From the IMG/VR virus record IMGVR_UViG_3300037755_001389, positions 1 to 40,644 of that record: a stretch of 40,644 nt of DNA; one strand, given 5' to 3'. The stretch comes from a virus. Taxonomy: Duplodnaviria; Caudoviricetes. The translations under genes and the position numbers were made by a program. The notes below the pieces were generated by a model that saw nothing but the letters and a program-made list of their open reading frames with translations, made no database searches and had not been told where the DNA came from. This document shows, one piece after another, positions 1 to 8,597 of this stretch (the stretch's first letter is position 1; the number at the start of each line of letters is the position of its first letter).

Positions 1-140
1 CCGAAACGTGTTCGCGGCCGTCGCTTGGGACGTGCAGACGCCTGTCCGTTCTGAGGCGGTGGCGTGCTAGTCTGGGTAAATTTTCGTCGTCCGACGGCCG
101 GAAACTCGCCGATCGCGTCATCGTAGGTGTTGGATGGCAT
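1..140 (-). CDS. partial hypothetical protein (MPSNTYDDAIGEFPAVG...), runs off the left edge
   Basis: ATG at 140 with GGAG upstream, directly after the stop of 405..142; open to position 1. Confidence 0.4.
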   Translation of the reverse strand, partial: MPSNTYDDAIGEFPAVGRRKFTQTSTPPPQNGQASARPKRRPRTRF

Positions 141-210
141 CTCATTCTCCCATATTCGAGGGTTTCTGTTTTGGCCGTTTTGGTGCTGGTTTGTGGGTTT
201 TGACATGAAG
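112..210. repeat. 99-bp direct repeat, left copy (right copy 40546-40644)
   Basis: ATCGCGTCATCGTAGG...TTTGACATGAAG is identical at both places; the preceding base differs (G111 vs T40545). Confidence 0.97.
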
Positions 211-405
211 CGCCCGGGTCTCGTATTCGAGGTCCGCCCGTTGGACGTGGAGCGCCCGGGTCCCGTATTCGAGGTCCGCCCGGCGGAGCATGTCGATCGC
301 GACATGCGCGGGTAGGTAACGCAGGACCATTGACCCGGTCGACCTGCCGCTGTTGCGGTCGCGAAAACACACGTAGGCGCCGAGTTTGCGTTTGGGTTGT
401 TTCAT
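142..405 (-). CDS. hypothetical basic protein with an internal 14-aa duplication; first gene of the leftward operon
   Basis: ATG lies 6 nt after a predicted -10; RADLEY(G/E)TRALHV occurs twice. Confidence 0.6.
   Translation of the reverse strand: MKQPKRKLGAYVCFRDRNSGRSTGSMVLRYLPAHVAIDMLRRADLEYGTRALHVQRADLEYETRALHVKTHKPAPKRPKQKPSNMGE
209..282. repeat. 42-bp-period tandem duplication (two ~32-bp copies)
   Basis: AGCGCCCGGGTCYCGTATTCGAGGTCCGCCCG at 209-240 and 251-282. Confidence 0.9.
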
Positions 406-414
406 GTGTATAGT
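386..414 (+). promoter_or_regulatory. rightward sigma70-type promoter
   Basis: TTGCGT(386-391)-N17-TATAGT(409-414) in an AT-rich island of a GC-rich genome. Confidence 0.5.
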
Positions 415-439
415 TTATATCACAGGATGGCGTGGTCAA
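412..439 (-). promoter_or_regulatory. leftward sigma70-type promoter, probably leaderless transcript
   Basis: minus-strand TTGACC(439-434)-N16-TAAACT(417-412); ATG at 405; AT-rich UP-like tract at 443-468. Confidence 0.6.
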
Positions 440-450
440 GGTGTTTTTGT

Positions 451-468
451 AAAATTTCCGAAAATTTT
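451..468. promoter_or_regulatory. inverted repeat, candidate operator
   Basis: AAAATTT-CCGA-AAATTTT. Confidence 0.35.
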
Positions 469-633
469 GGGGTGCCACCGGCGGCGGGGTTGTGTGGCCG
501 GGAAACCCGGGGTAATATCCCGGGGGTCGGCGGGCGGGCGCAAATGTGACGCGCGCGAGGCGTGCGAAACGTGGCGGTCGTAAAACCGGCTCGCGCGACG
601 GTGTTTGGTCGTGGGGGTTGGGGGTGGTGTGTT

Positions 634-852
634 ATGTGCAGGAGGCGAGACAAACCGAGCTGGCTGTATCGCTGCCCGACGTGCGGTTGCGAGGATTTTG
701 GCAACCCGGCGTGCGAGCGGTGCCGTCGCCAGTGGGAGGTGCACCGTGCTGAATACGATCAGCGTGACTGGGCTGGCCGGTGGCTGTGGAACGAATTGCG
801 TCCGCGAGACGAGTCGCACGCGAACGTACCAGGTGCCGGGCCCGCTCGTTGA
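634..852 (+). CDS. small zinc-ribbon protein
   Basis: CPTC...CERC motif pair; ATG at 634 inside ORF 562..852. Confidence 0.55.
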   Translation: MCRRRDKPSWLYRCPTCGCEDFGNPACERCRRQWEVHRAEYDQRDWAGRWLWNELRPRDESHANVPGAGPAR

Positions 853-1228
853 CGAGGTCGCCGAGTTGGTCGCGCAGTTTCTGGACGACCGGCTGGGCGT
901 TGATTTCGACCACAGTCCGCGCGTCAATTCGCAAACGAGCCGCGTCAGTCGCTGCGTCACGACACGAAACGGCGTCTCGGTGCGGCTGGTCGCGTGCAGC
1001 GACGTTCCGCGGGGTGAGTATTGGTTGGCGCTCCCGGCGCCGTCCGGGCCATTCGAGAGCGTCATGTTGTGCGCGCCGGGCGAGCGTGGCCGGTGGCGCC
1101 CGCTACTGGAGCGTAGTTGTTTGTATCCACGTGGCCAGATGGTCGGCGGAGGCCTGCCCGCCGGCGACACGTGGATCAACGACGGGAGTAGGGTCGATGC
1201 CTCATGCTGCGAAAAAACCAAAACGTAA
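833..1228 (+). CDS. hypothetical protein (start uncertain)
   Basis: 3' part of ORF 605..1228 reads as globular and bridges the two neighbouring genes. Confidence 0.4.
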   Translation: MPGPLVDEVAELVAQFLDDRLGVDFDHSPRVNSQTSRVSRCVTTRNGVSVRLVACSDVPRGEYWLALPAPSGPFESVMLCAPGERGRWRPLLERSCLYPRGQMVGGGLPAGDTWINDGSRVDASCCEKTKT

Positions 1229-1682
1229 ACAGCGCGGCCGTCACAAAACGGAGACGAAAAAAAACGTTTGTAAAATGGCCAGGCTGCTGGAAACGCCGCT
1301 CCTAACCGACGCGGTGTTGCTGCGTGGGCTGGTGGAGGAGCAACGCCGGCTCGGGCAGGAGCACGGGGATTGGGCCTATGAGGAGGCCAAAACGCTGCTC
1401 GGGCGTGGCGCGGTCGTTGCCGCCAAACGAGCGATTGCCAACGGCGACGACGACCTGCTGTTTCGGCTCATCGAGGCGATTCGTCTCTGCGAGGAGGCGG
1501 TTGAGAAAAAACGCAAACGGGAGAACGCCCTCGCCGCGACCGCGATGACCGGCTCGGTTTATCGAGAGGTCATGGCCATGCAGCGGGCCATGTCGTCGGG
1601 CGCGTCCACCGGGACAACCGTTGAGGAAACGCTCGCGCGAATGGAACAGGCGGCGAGAACGCCGCGGGAGCCAAAACGATGA
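1197..1682 (+). CDS. putative terminase small subunit
   Basis: GGGAG RBS then ATG at 1197; basic N-terminus plus helical body; call rests on position upstream of TerL only. Confidence 0.45.
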   Translation: MPHAAKKPKRKQRGRHKTETKKNVCKMARLLETPLLTDAVLLRGLVEEQRRLGQEHGDWAYEEAKTLLGRGAVVAAKRAIANGDDDLLFRLIEAIRLCEEAVEKKRKRENALAATAMTGSVYREVMAMQRAMSSGASTGTTVEETLARMEQAARTPREPKR

Positions 1683-2056
1683 TCGAATCGGGAACTGCGT
1701 CGCGTAAAACGCGGCAGAAACGTCTGGCCGATGAGCCGCTGATGACGACGATCGTTCGCAACGCGATCGGACGGTACGACATGCATTTTGCCGAGCGCTC
1801 GCGAGTGCCCGTCAAGCCGGGCGTGGCGCGGCTGCCGGTTCCTGGTCAGTATTTCATGCTGTCTGATTTTCAGGCGGCGTTCAGTGACGAGTTCGACGAC
1901 GGCAGGTGCGAACGAACCCTGCCGTGGCGTGCGTCGTGTGCGAAACGGCTCGCTCGGTTCAGTGAACTGGTGATGATCGGCGAGCAGCCTGCGCCGTGGC
2001 GCGAACTCTGGCAATTATGTCCCACATCAAACTGCCCGCCCTGCACACCCTCATAG
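1679..2056 (+). CDS. hypothetical protein
   Basis: ATGA overlap with the upstream gene. Confidence 0.55.
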   Translation: MIESGTASRKTRQKRLADEPLMTTIVRNAIGRYDMHFAERSRVPVKPGVARLPVPGQYFMLSDFQAAFSDEFDDGRCERTLPWRASCAKRLARFSELVMIGEQPAPWRELWQLCPTSNCPPCTPS

Positions 2057-3756
2057 ATCGGGCGGACCGGTGGGCGCGCGAACTCGGGGCGGGAGGCGCT
2101 CATCAGGTGTCGCCGGTGGAGGCGGAGGAGCTGCGGCGCTGCCGCGGGGATTTCCAGCACTTCTGTCGAAACTACGTCTACATCCAGGACAAACAGACAA
2201 AGCGCGACGCGCTGTTCGAGCTGTTCCCGGGTCAGGCCAGGGTCGCGCCGGACATGGTCGCGGGCACCTGGCTGGTGTTGCTCAAGGGCCGGCAACTGGG
2301 GTTGACGTGGTTGTGCTGCGCGTACGTTGTTTGGCGATTGGTGTTCGAGCGGTCGTTCTGTTGCGTCGTAATTAATCAGGAAAAACAGTACGCGCAGGAT
2401 TTCGTGTGGCGCGTTCGGTTTATCGAGGAGCGATTGCCCCCGTGGTGTCGCAAGGCGCTCACCAAATCCGACATGACCCGTCTGCGCATGGAGGCGTTCG
2501 GCAATCAGGGTGACCTGCGTGCGGTGGTTGGCGGGGAAAAGGCGGCGCGGTCGGTGACGGCCGACCTGGTGATCATCGACGAGGCGAGCCGGGTCGACGA
2601 CCTGGAGGCGACCATGGCGGCGATTCATCCGACCGTGGACGTTTCGCGTGGCCAAATCATCATGCTGTCCAGTTCGGCCGGTCCGCAGGGCGTTTTTCAC
2701 GAGTGCTGGGCCGAGTCATACGGCCTGTCCGGGGAGCTGCTGTCGCCCGATGGGATCGGTCCCAACGGTTTCAAACCCGTGTTTATTCACTGGTCCGAAC
2801 GCCGTGGCCGCGACGCCGCCTGGCACGAAAAAACAACGCGCGAACTTCGGAAAATCTCCCCCGTCCGCATGAAACAGGAGCACCCGGAAAATCCGCAGGA
2901 GGCCTGGGAATACGCGTCCGGGCGGGTGTATCCCCTGTTCACGCGGGAGCGTTGTGTTGGGGACGTGCCTGTGCCGGACACGGCGGAGCGTTTCCGGGCG
3001 ATCGACTGGGGCCAGACCGACAGTCCGTTCGTCTGTTTGTGGATCGCGCACATTCCCGGCCCGACCCAACTGCTGGTGTCGCCCAAATGTCCCGAACTGA
3101 TCCGGGAAATGCTCTCGTACCGGTTCGACGAGGATCGGCCGGACGAGCCGCTCAAATCGGACGACCATGGCCCGGACGCGCTGCGTTACGCGCTGACGAC
3201 CTGGTACCAGCAGATTACGGGCACGGTGTACGTGTACAGAGAGTTCTACCTGCGGGATTCGGTCGAAAGGGGCTGGAATCCGCTCGACGAGATTGCGTAC
3301 GTGCATGAGCAGAGCGGCTGGGGTGAGGCGCCGCCGGATCGGCACGAGAAATTCTGGCCGACTCGGTATGCGGAGCAGTTTGTGGGGACGGTTGCGGACC
3401 GCAGTTGGCCCAGCATGATTAAACTGTTCTGCGCCCACGACCTGCCCACGGTGGCCAACAAACCGATGCACAAACGGAAGCGGCCCAAGGACGGCGTGCT
3501 CACCGAATCGCCGCTGAAGGAGCGGCTCGAGGGTATTCGGCGGGTTTCCGTGTTCATCGAGGGTTCGCGTCGGCTGGAAAAATTCGTCCCGCCCTCCGCC
3601 GAACAGGTCGCCATGGCCGCGTTGCGGGCGGACCAGGCGCGTTCTACGTCCGGCCAGCCCGTCACCGTGGGTCTGAACGAGCGGGCCTCGCTGCAACTGG
3701 CCAAACGGTTGCTCAGGTCCCGGAAACGTGGTATACGAGCCGCTGCACGACGCTAG
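2017..3756 (+). CDS. terL: terminase large subunit (nuclease motifs in non-canonical order)
   Basis: Walker A LKGRQLGLT, Walker B LVIIDEA, coupling motif MLSSS, nuclease AIDWG and DDHGPDALRY; start 2017 (ATG) or 1996 (GTG). Confidence 0.93.
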   Translation: MSHIKLPALHTLIDRADRWARELGAGGAHQVSPVEAEELRRCRGDFQHFCRNYVYIQDKQTKRDALFELFPGQARVAPDMVAGTWLVLLKGRQLGLTWLCCAYVVWRLVFERSFCCVVINQEKQYAQDFVWRVRFIEERLPPWCRKALTKSDMTRLRMEAFGNQGDLRAVVGGEKAARSVTADLVIIDEASRVDDLEATMAAIHPTVDVSRGQIIMLSSSAGPQGVFHECWAESYGLSGELLSPDGIGPNGFKPVFIHWSERRGRDAAWHEKTTRELRKISPVRMKQEHPENPQEAWEYASGRVYPLFTRERCVGDVPVPDTAERFRAIDWGQTDSPFVCLWIAHIPGPTQLLVSPKCPELIREMLSYRFDEDRPDEPLKSDDHGPDALRYALTTWYQQITGTVYVYREFYLRDSVERGWNPLDEIAYVHEQSGWGEAPPDRHEKFWPTRYAEQFVGTVADRSWPSMIKLFCAHDLPTVANKPMHKRKRPKDGVLTESPLKERLEGIRRVSVFIEGSRRLEKFVPPSAEQVAMAALRADQARSTSGQPVTVGLNERASLQLAKRLLRSRKRGIRAAARR

Positions 3757-3767
3757 GAGCGGCATGG

Positions 3768-4244
3768 ATGGCCGGATCGAGTGGAATAGCACCTCAGCCA
3801 GCGCACGATTGGGTACAGTTTCTAGCCGCCGTCACATTCGACGACACGCCGGAGGTTTTCTCGGACGCCCTCATCAATTTCCCCGGCAGCGGCCTGGTCG
3901 CGGCGGACAACAAAAATTTCACCAAAAGCGGTCCGGGTAGTTTCGCAACCGAGATTCGCGCTACGATCACCGGCGTGGGAGCGGCCGACACGACGATCCG
4001 CGTTGTTTCCTGCCCCGACGGAGACCCCACGCTGCAATCGGGCGATACGGCGACCTTCCGGGGTGGAACGACCGCGATCGCGTGGACCCTGGTGGCCGCG
4101 GCCACGCAGTATTTCAATAAAATTCTGCACTGGGAAGATGTGGGAAGCGGGTTTCGGCTCGGATTCGTTTCGTCGACGACTGAGGTCAAAACGGTGAACG
4201 CCTGGTATCGCGGGATCCGCGTGGGCAACCCGGCCGTGCGATAG
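3768..4244 (+). CDS. hypothetical beta-rich, probably virion-associated protein
   Basis: AGGAG upstream; T/A/G/V-rich composition. Confidence 0.65.
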   Translation: MAGSSGIAPQPAHDWVQFLAAVTFDDTPEVFSDALINFPGSGLVAADNKNFTKSGPGSFATEIRATITGVGAADTTIRVVSCPDGDPTLQSGDTATFRGGTTAIAWTLVAAATQYFNKILHWEDVGSGFRLGFVSSTTEVKTVNAWYRGIRVGNPAVR

Positions 4245-4248
4245 GGCG

Positions 4249-4554
4249 ATGGCAGATACGAATACCAAACTCTGGAACGCCAACGTCGTTCGGGTTGCGG
4301 CGCTGATCCTGGCGGTTGGGGGAACCGCGGCAGCGGTCGGACGATTCGGAGGTGAGCAGGTTTCGCGTGCCGAGTTCAACTGGCAACGCGAGCGCTGCGT
4401 GGTGGCGAGCGAGGCCTCGGCGAGGCTGCACGAACGAATCGACGGCCTGCGCGACGCGATGCGATCTGAATTCTCTGGCCTGCGTGTGGAAATCGAAATG
4501 TCTCAGCGAGCGTTGGTAGCCGAGTTACGCCTGGTGGGACCGGTGACGAATTGA
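4249..4554 (+). CDS. membrane protein with coiled coil (holin-like or i-spanin-like)
   Basis: N-terminal hydrophobic stretch VVRVAALILAVGGTAAAV followed by a helical heptad region. Confidence 0.55.
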   Translation: MADTNTKLWNANVVRVAALILAVGGTAAAVGRFGGEQVSRAEFNWQRERCVVASEASARLHERIDGLRDAMRSEFSGLRVEIEMSQRALVAELRLVGPVTN

Positions 4555-4871
4555 ACTCGGGGCTGGTAACTAGCATGGGTTCTCCCCAGAGGCGCGCGGC
4601 GTTCATGTGGCTCGGCATTTGGCCCATCGCCACGATGGGGTGTGATTCCGTGACGCATGACGCCGCGTCGTTTGGGCACAAACAGGCGACGATGCACGTG
4701 TTCGTCGTCACCGACCGGGACGACATCGAGCCGTTCGTTGGGCTGGTGTTGATCGAATCGGACGGGAAATTCGGATGCGTTGATCGTGCCGGGCTGGCAT
4801 CGGCGATTCGTCACGGAGGCGTGGTACGCGGTTCGTGTGCAGCGGTGAGCGTTCGGCCGACGGAGGATTGA
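4551..4871 (+). CDS. hypothetical protein
   Basis: fills the gap with a TTGA overlap; start uncertain. Confidence 0.45.
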   Translation: MNSGLVTSMGSPQRRAAFMWLGIWPIATMGCDSVTHDAASFGHKQATMHVFVVTDRDDIEPFVGLVLIESDGKFGCVDRAGLASAIRHGGVVRGSCAAVSVRPTED

Positions 4872-4872
4872 G

Positions 4873-5178
4873 ATGGTGTCGAAAATGCGTGTGGTAGCGG
4901 TCGCGGCTGTCGCGGCATCGCTGTCGGGCTGTTTGGCGGGATGCATGGCGTCCGGGTCTGTCGAGTTGAAGGGGTCGCTGCCCTTTCTCGGCCCGTTCGA
5001 GTGGCACGAATCCGCTGACAACTGGAATCGCTCATTCGATCCGAGCGCGTGGAGCTGGCTTTATGACTGGATCGGACAGCCCGCCGACGGCGAATCGCCA
5101 CCGGCTCCCGATAGAGCCGTCGTCGTCCCTGGTTCCCCCGCTCCCGGAACTCCCGGCGGGTCTGACCTGGGAGGATGA
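4873..5178 (+). CDS. predicted lipoprotein (o-spanin-like candidate)
   Basis: GGAGG RBS; signal peptide with lipoboxes LSGC and LAGC; Pro-rich C-terminus. Confidence 0.6.
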   Translation: MVSKMRVVAVAAVAASLSGCLAGCMASGSVELKGSLPFLGPFEWHESADNWNRSFDPSAWSWLYDWIGQPADGESPPAPDRAVVVPGSPAPGTPGGSDLGG

Positions 5179-5416
5179 GGTTCAGCCCGGCTGGACGCGG
5201 GAGGGGTGGGCGTTCTATCTGCGGCGGCTGTCGCGGCTCTCCGCGACGGTGAATCCGTTGGCGTCCAGGTGGCTGCGTGACCAAGCGATTGCGTGCGAAC
5301 GTGGAGAGGACGCCCGGATGCGGGCGATCAGTACGGCGTTGCCGATCCCGGATCGGCGGCGAGGAAAAACGAAGAAGCGTCGCGGGCGTGACGACGCCCA
5401 GGCGAGGGTTGGTTAA
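5063..5416 (+). CDS. hypothetical protein overlapping the lipoprotein gene
   Basis: GGAG 8 nt before ATG 5063; TAATG coupling to the portal start. Confidence 0.5.
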   Translation: MTGSDSPPTANRHRLPIEPSSSLVPPLPELPAGLTWEDEVQPGWTREGWAFYLRRLSRLSATVNPLASRWLRDQAIACERGEDARMRAISTALPIPDRRRGKTKKRRGRDDAQARVG

Positions 5417-7701
5417 TGATGGCGTGGAGACAGCGTGTTCCGGCGGTGAAAGAGTCGGACGTTCGCGTGCGCGAACGCGGCAGCGCTCCGGCGACGTACG
5501 CGATCGACTGGACCGACCCCGAGAAAATCCCCGAGCAACACATCCTCGATTTCGTCGAGGGGCATTATGAGGAGGGAAAGGCTCGCCGCCAACAGTGGGA
5601 GGCGCAGGCGGCTGAGCAACTGGCCTGGTGTCGCGGTAACCAATTGCTGCGGTGGGACGCGGATGCGCGGGATCTGGTCGAGCACAACGACGAGGGCCTT
5701 GGTCTGGAGTTTCGTGACCCGGTGACCATGAACGTTCTCAAAGGTTACCTGCTTCAATACATCGCGTTCATGCTGGGTGTGGCGCTGACATGGCGCGTCG
5801 ACCCAGCGACACGCGACGACGATGATGTTTCGTCGTCGCGGGTGGCCAGCAAAATTCTAGACTACTACTGGCGGGGCGGCTCGATCGACGGCATGACGGA
5901 GCTGCTGGAGGCCGCCTGGTTGCAATTCGCCACCGGCGTCGTTTGGGCCAAACCCCTCTGGGATCCCGCGCGCGGAGCGTTGGACAGTTTCGCGGCCGAG
6001 ACCATCAGCGAACAAGGCGCGCCGCAAACGCAGGAGGAGCGCGAATCCCTCAACCGCCAATTCAAAGACTACGTCAAAGAGCTGCGCGGGGTTGGGGTGA
6101 ATGCTCTGGAGTGGGACGAGGAGAGCGGAAGTATCGCGCTACCCTCTGGCGACATCAGTGTCGACTGGGTTTCGGGTTTTGATCTGACCGAACCATTCAA
6201 CTGCAAACTGGCGGAGGAGGCGCCCTGGATCATTCACAGCCGGTTTCGTTCGATGGAATACGTCCGCGAGCGGTACGGCGAGGACGCCACCGACGAGGTG
6301 AACCCCGACGGCAGCGGCGACGCTTACCAGTACCGGTACTTCGAGCAATACGGCGACTACTCGTCGACACGCGAGCAGGGGTCCCCCCCGGACGAGGTCA
6401 TGGTCCACGAGCTATGGCGCCCGCGGTCGATTTCCGCACCGCAGGGTTGTCTCGCGGTTGTCGCCGACCGGCAGATTCTGAAACTGGGACGGCACCCGTA
6501 CTTGCACGGGCGACTTCCGTTCCTCACGTTCCGGGAAATGCCCGACCCGGAGCATTTCCGCCCGGGCTGCACGATTCGTGACCTCATGTCGCTCCAGCGA
6601 GCGCGCAACACGCATCGCAGCTATTGGCATGGGCATTTTCGCATGACGGTCGACCCGCGGATTATGAACGAGGCGGGCAGCGGGCTGCCCGCCAACGCGT
6701 TCACGGACGGCCCGAAATTGATTCCGTTGAACGAGGGCGGAATCGACAAGGTGCGGCCGTTCCAACACGACCGGATGCCCGAGTACACGTCGCAATTGGA
6801 CGATCGCAACGCCACGGACATGGAGACCATCGGCGGTGTCCATCGGAGCACGACGGGCCGGGGCGAGTCGGCGCAGCAGTCCGGCCGACACGCCGAGGTT
6901 CTGCGTCAGGGCGACGCACAACGCATGACGGCGTCGCGACTGCTGTTCGAGGCGGCCGCGGCTCGCACGGGGCAGCAACTGCTGTGGCTGGCGTGGGAAT
7001 TCATCACGCGCGAGCGAACCATCACCATCACGGGCGAGCACGGTGCGTACGAGGTGCTCACGTTTAAGGGGCAGGACGTCCGGCGAAAAAAATCTTCCGG
7101 GCTGCCCACGGCCTGGAACATCACAGCCAACTTGGCGCCGGAACAGGACATCAACTCGACGCTGGCAAAAATCGACATCCTCACGCAGGGCGGATGGATG
7201 ACCCCGGCCCGCGAGAAAGACGCGCTACAAATCAAACGATGGCTCGGCGATCACGTAACGCACGAGACCGACGACGACGGATACCATCGCTGTGCGGCGA
7301 ACAACGAGAATTACGACATTCTGTCCGGGAAAAAGGTTCACATCGCCCTAGGCGACGACGACGCGGTACACATTGACGCGCACGAGCATTTCACGACGCT
7401 GCCGGAGTTTCGGGAGCGTGCGACGAACAGCGCTCAGTTTGGTGCGGAGATGCTGATTCATATTCGATCGCACCAGTACCAATTCGCCGAGAAATTGCTT
7501 CGGCAGCAGGCGATCGCGGAGGCCGTCAAACGCGACCTGGCCGAGGAGTTCGGCCTGCTGCCGCCCATGGGTCCAGACGGATCGCCCGGCGGCGGCGCGT
7601 CGCCACAACCCGGACCCCAACCACAACCCGGAAGACCAGACGTCCTGGCGGGGCGCCCGCGGGCGCGCCCACAACTACAACCTGAGGGAGGCAGACGATG
7701 A
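5416..7701 (+). CDS. portal protein
   Basis: 761 aa between TerL and scaffold/capsid; podovirus portal-like segments (HPYLHGRLPF, IRDLMSLQRARN, QSGR, TRERTITITGEHG). Confidence 0.85.
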   Translation: MMAWRQRVPAVKESDVRVRERGSAPATYAIDWTDPEKIPEQHILDFVEGHYEEGKARRQQWEAQAAEQLAWCRGNQLLRWDADARDLVEHNDEGLGLEFRDPVTMNVLKGYLLQYIAFMLGVALTWRVDPATRDDDDVSSSRVASKILDYYWRGGSIDGMTELLEAAWLQFATGVVWAKPLWDPARGALDSFAAETISEQGAPQTQEERESLNRQFKDYVKELRGVGVNALEWDEESGSIALPSGDISVDWVSGFDLTEPFNCKLAEEAPWIIHSRFRSMEYVRERYGEDATDEVNPDGSGDAYQYRYFEQYGDYSSTREQGSPPDEVMVHELWRPRSISAPQGCLAVVADRQILKLGRHPYLHGRLPFLTFREMPDPEHFRPGCTIRDLMSLQRARNTHRSYWHGHFRMTVDPRIMNEAGSGLPANAFTDGPKLIPLNEGGIDKVRPFQHDRMPEYTSQLDDRNATDMETIGGVHRSTTGRGESAQQSGRHAEVLRQGDAQRMTASRLLFEAAAARTGQQLLWLAWEFITRERTITITGEHGAYEVLTFKGQDVRRKKSSGLPTAWNITANLAPEQDINSTLAKIDILTQGGWMTPAREKDALQIKRWLGDHVTHETDDDGYHRCAANNENYDILSGKKVHIALGDDDAVHIDAHEHFTTLPEFRERATNSAQFGAEMLIHIRSHQYQFAEKLLRQQAIAEAVKRDLAEEFGLLPPMGPDGSPGGGASPQPGPQPQPGRPDVLAGRPRARPQLQPEGGRR

Positions 7702-8465
7702 GTGACACACCCAACAGCAACGACTCAACGGCAGGGACGGATGCCGGAGCCAGCACCGGCGAAGGCGATTACACCGCGGAAGAACGCGCGATGATCGCCG
7801 ACGCACGGGCCCGCAACATTCCGGCGTCGGAGTTGATTTCTCGCGCGTCGCGGGACTATCACCGCGAACAGCAGGGATCCAGCGAGCCGGCGACACCCCC
7901 AGCCTCTACCCCGGCGGAGGATGATATTCCGACCGTCCGGGACGTTTCGACCATGGTGGAGCGGGCGGTGGCCAACGCGACGGCCGAGCAGCGCCGCGAG
8001 GCGGCGAAGACGGAGATTGCATCGACCATCAGCCAGGTCATCGAGCGAGACGGACGTTTCGCCGCCGACCCCGCCGACCGTCGTCAGATCACGAGTGAAG
8101 CCGTTCGAGTCGTGCGTGAAAAAGCCGGCTTAGGAAAATTGGACGGCCCCGCCTTCACGCAGGCCTTACAGGAGGCGACGCAGGCGGAAATTGACCGCCG
8201 GGCGGGGAAGGGTGGCGGCGGCAAAGACGCCGACCGCGCCGAGTTAAACAGTCGCCTCACGGCGGCGGCGAAGGCCGGCGAGACCGGCGGCGGGCACAGC
8301 CGCAGTGGTGGGCAGGGCTCCACCACGGGTGCCATGAGAAACTTGGACGGCTATGAGATGGAGTTTGGCCCAGGTGGTAAATGGCCGAGCGACGCGGAGC
8401 TGGACCAGGCGAGCAAACGGGACGCTACGGCGTTCCTCAGGAAGGCGCGGGGCGCTCGCGCCTAG
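7698..8465 (+). CDS. putative scaffolding protein
   Basis: charged helical protein with low-complexity N-terminus, between portal and capsid; ATGA overlap. Confidence 0.65.
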   Translation: MSDTPNSNDSTAGTDAGASTGEGDYTAEERAMIADARARNIPASELISRASRDYHREQQGSSEPATPPASTPAEDDIPTVRDVSTMVERAVANATAEQRREAAKTEIASTISQVIERDGRFAADPADRRQITSEAVRVVREKAGLGKLDGPAFTQALQEATQAEIDRRAGKGGGGKDADRAELNSRLTAAAKAGETGGGHSRSGGQGSTTGAMRNLDGYEMEFGPGGKWPSDAELDQASKRDATAFLRKARGARA

Positions 8466-8597
8466 AAAATAAAAAGACATGCCCGCCCGGGATGGCCGTC
8501 CCGGGTCAAGCGCGCGTGTGGATACGGTGCCCTGGTGATCCGTTCCCCGCGCGTCAGGGCGCAACGATGCAGTTGCCAGGGCTGCGGGGGCAGCCGC

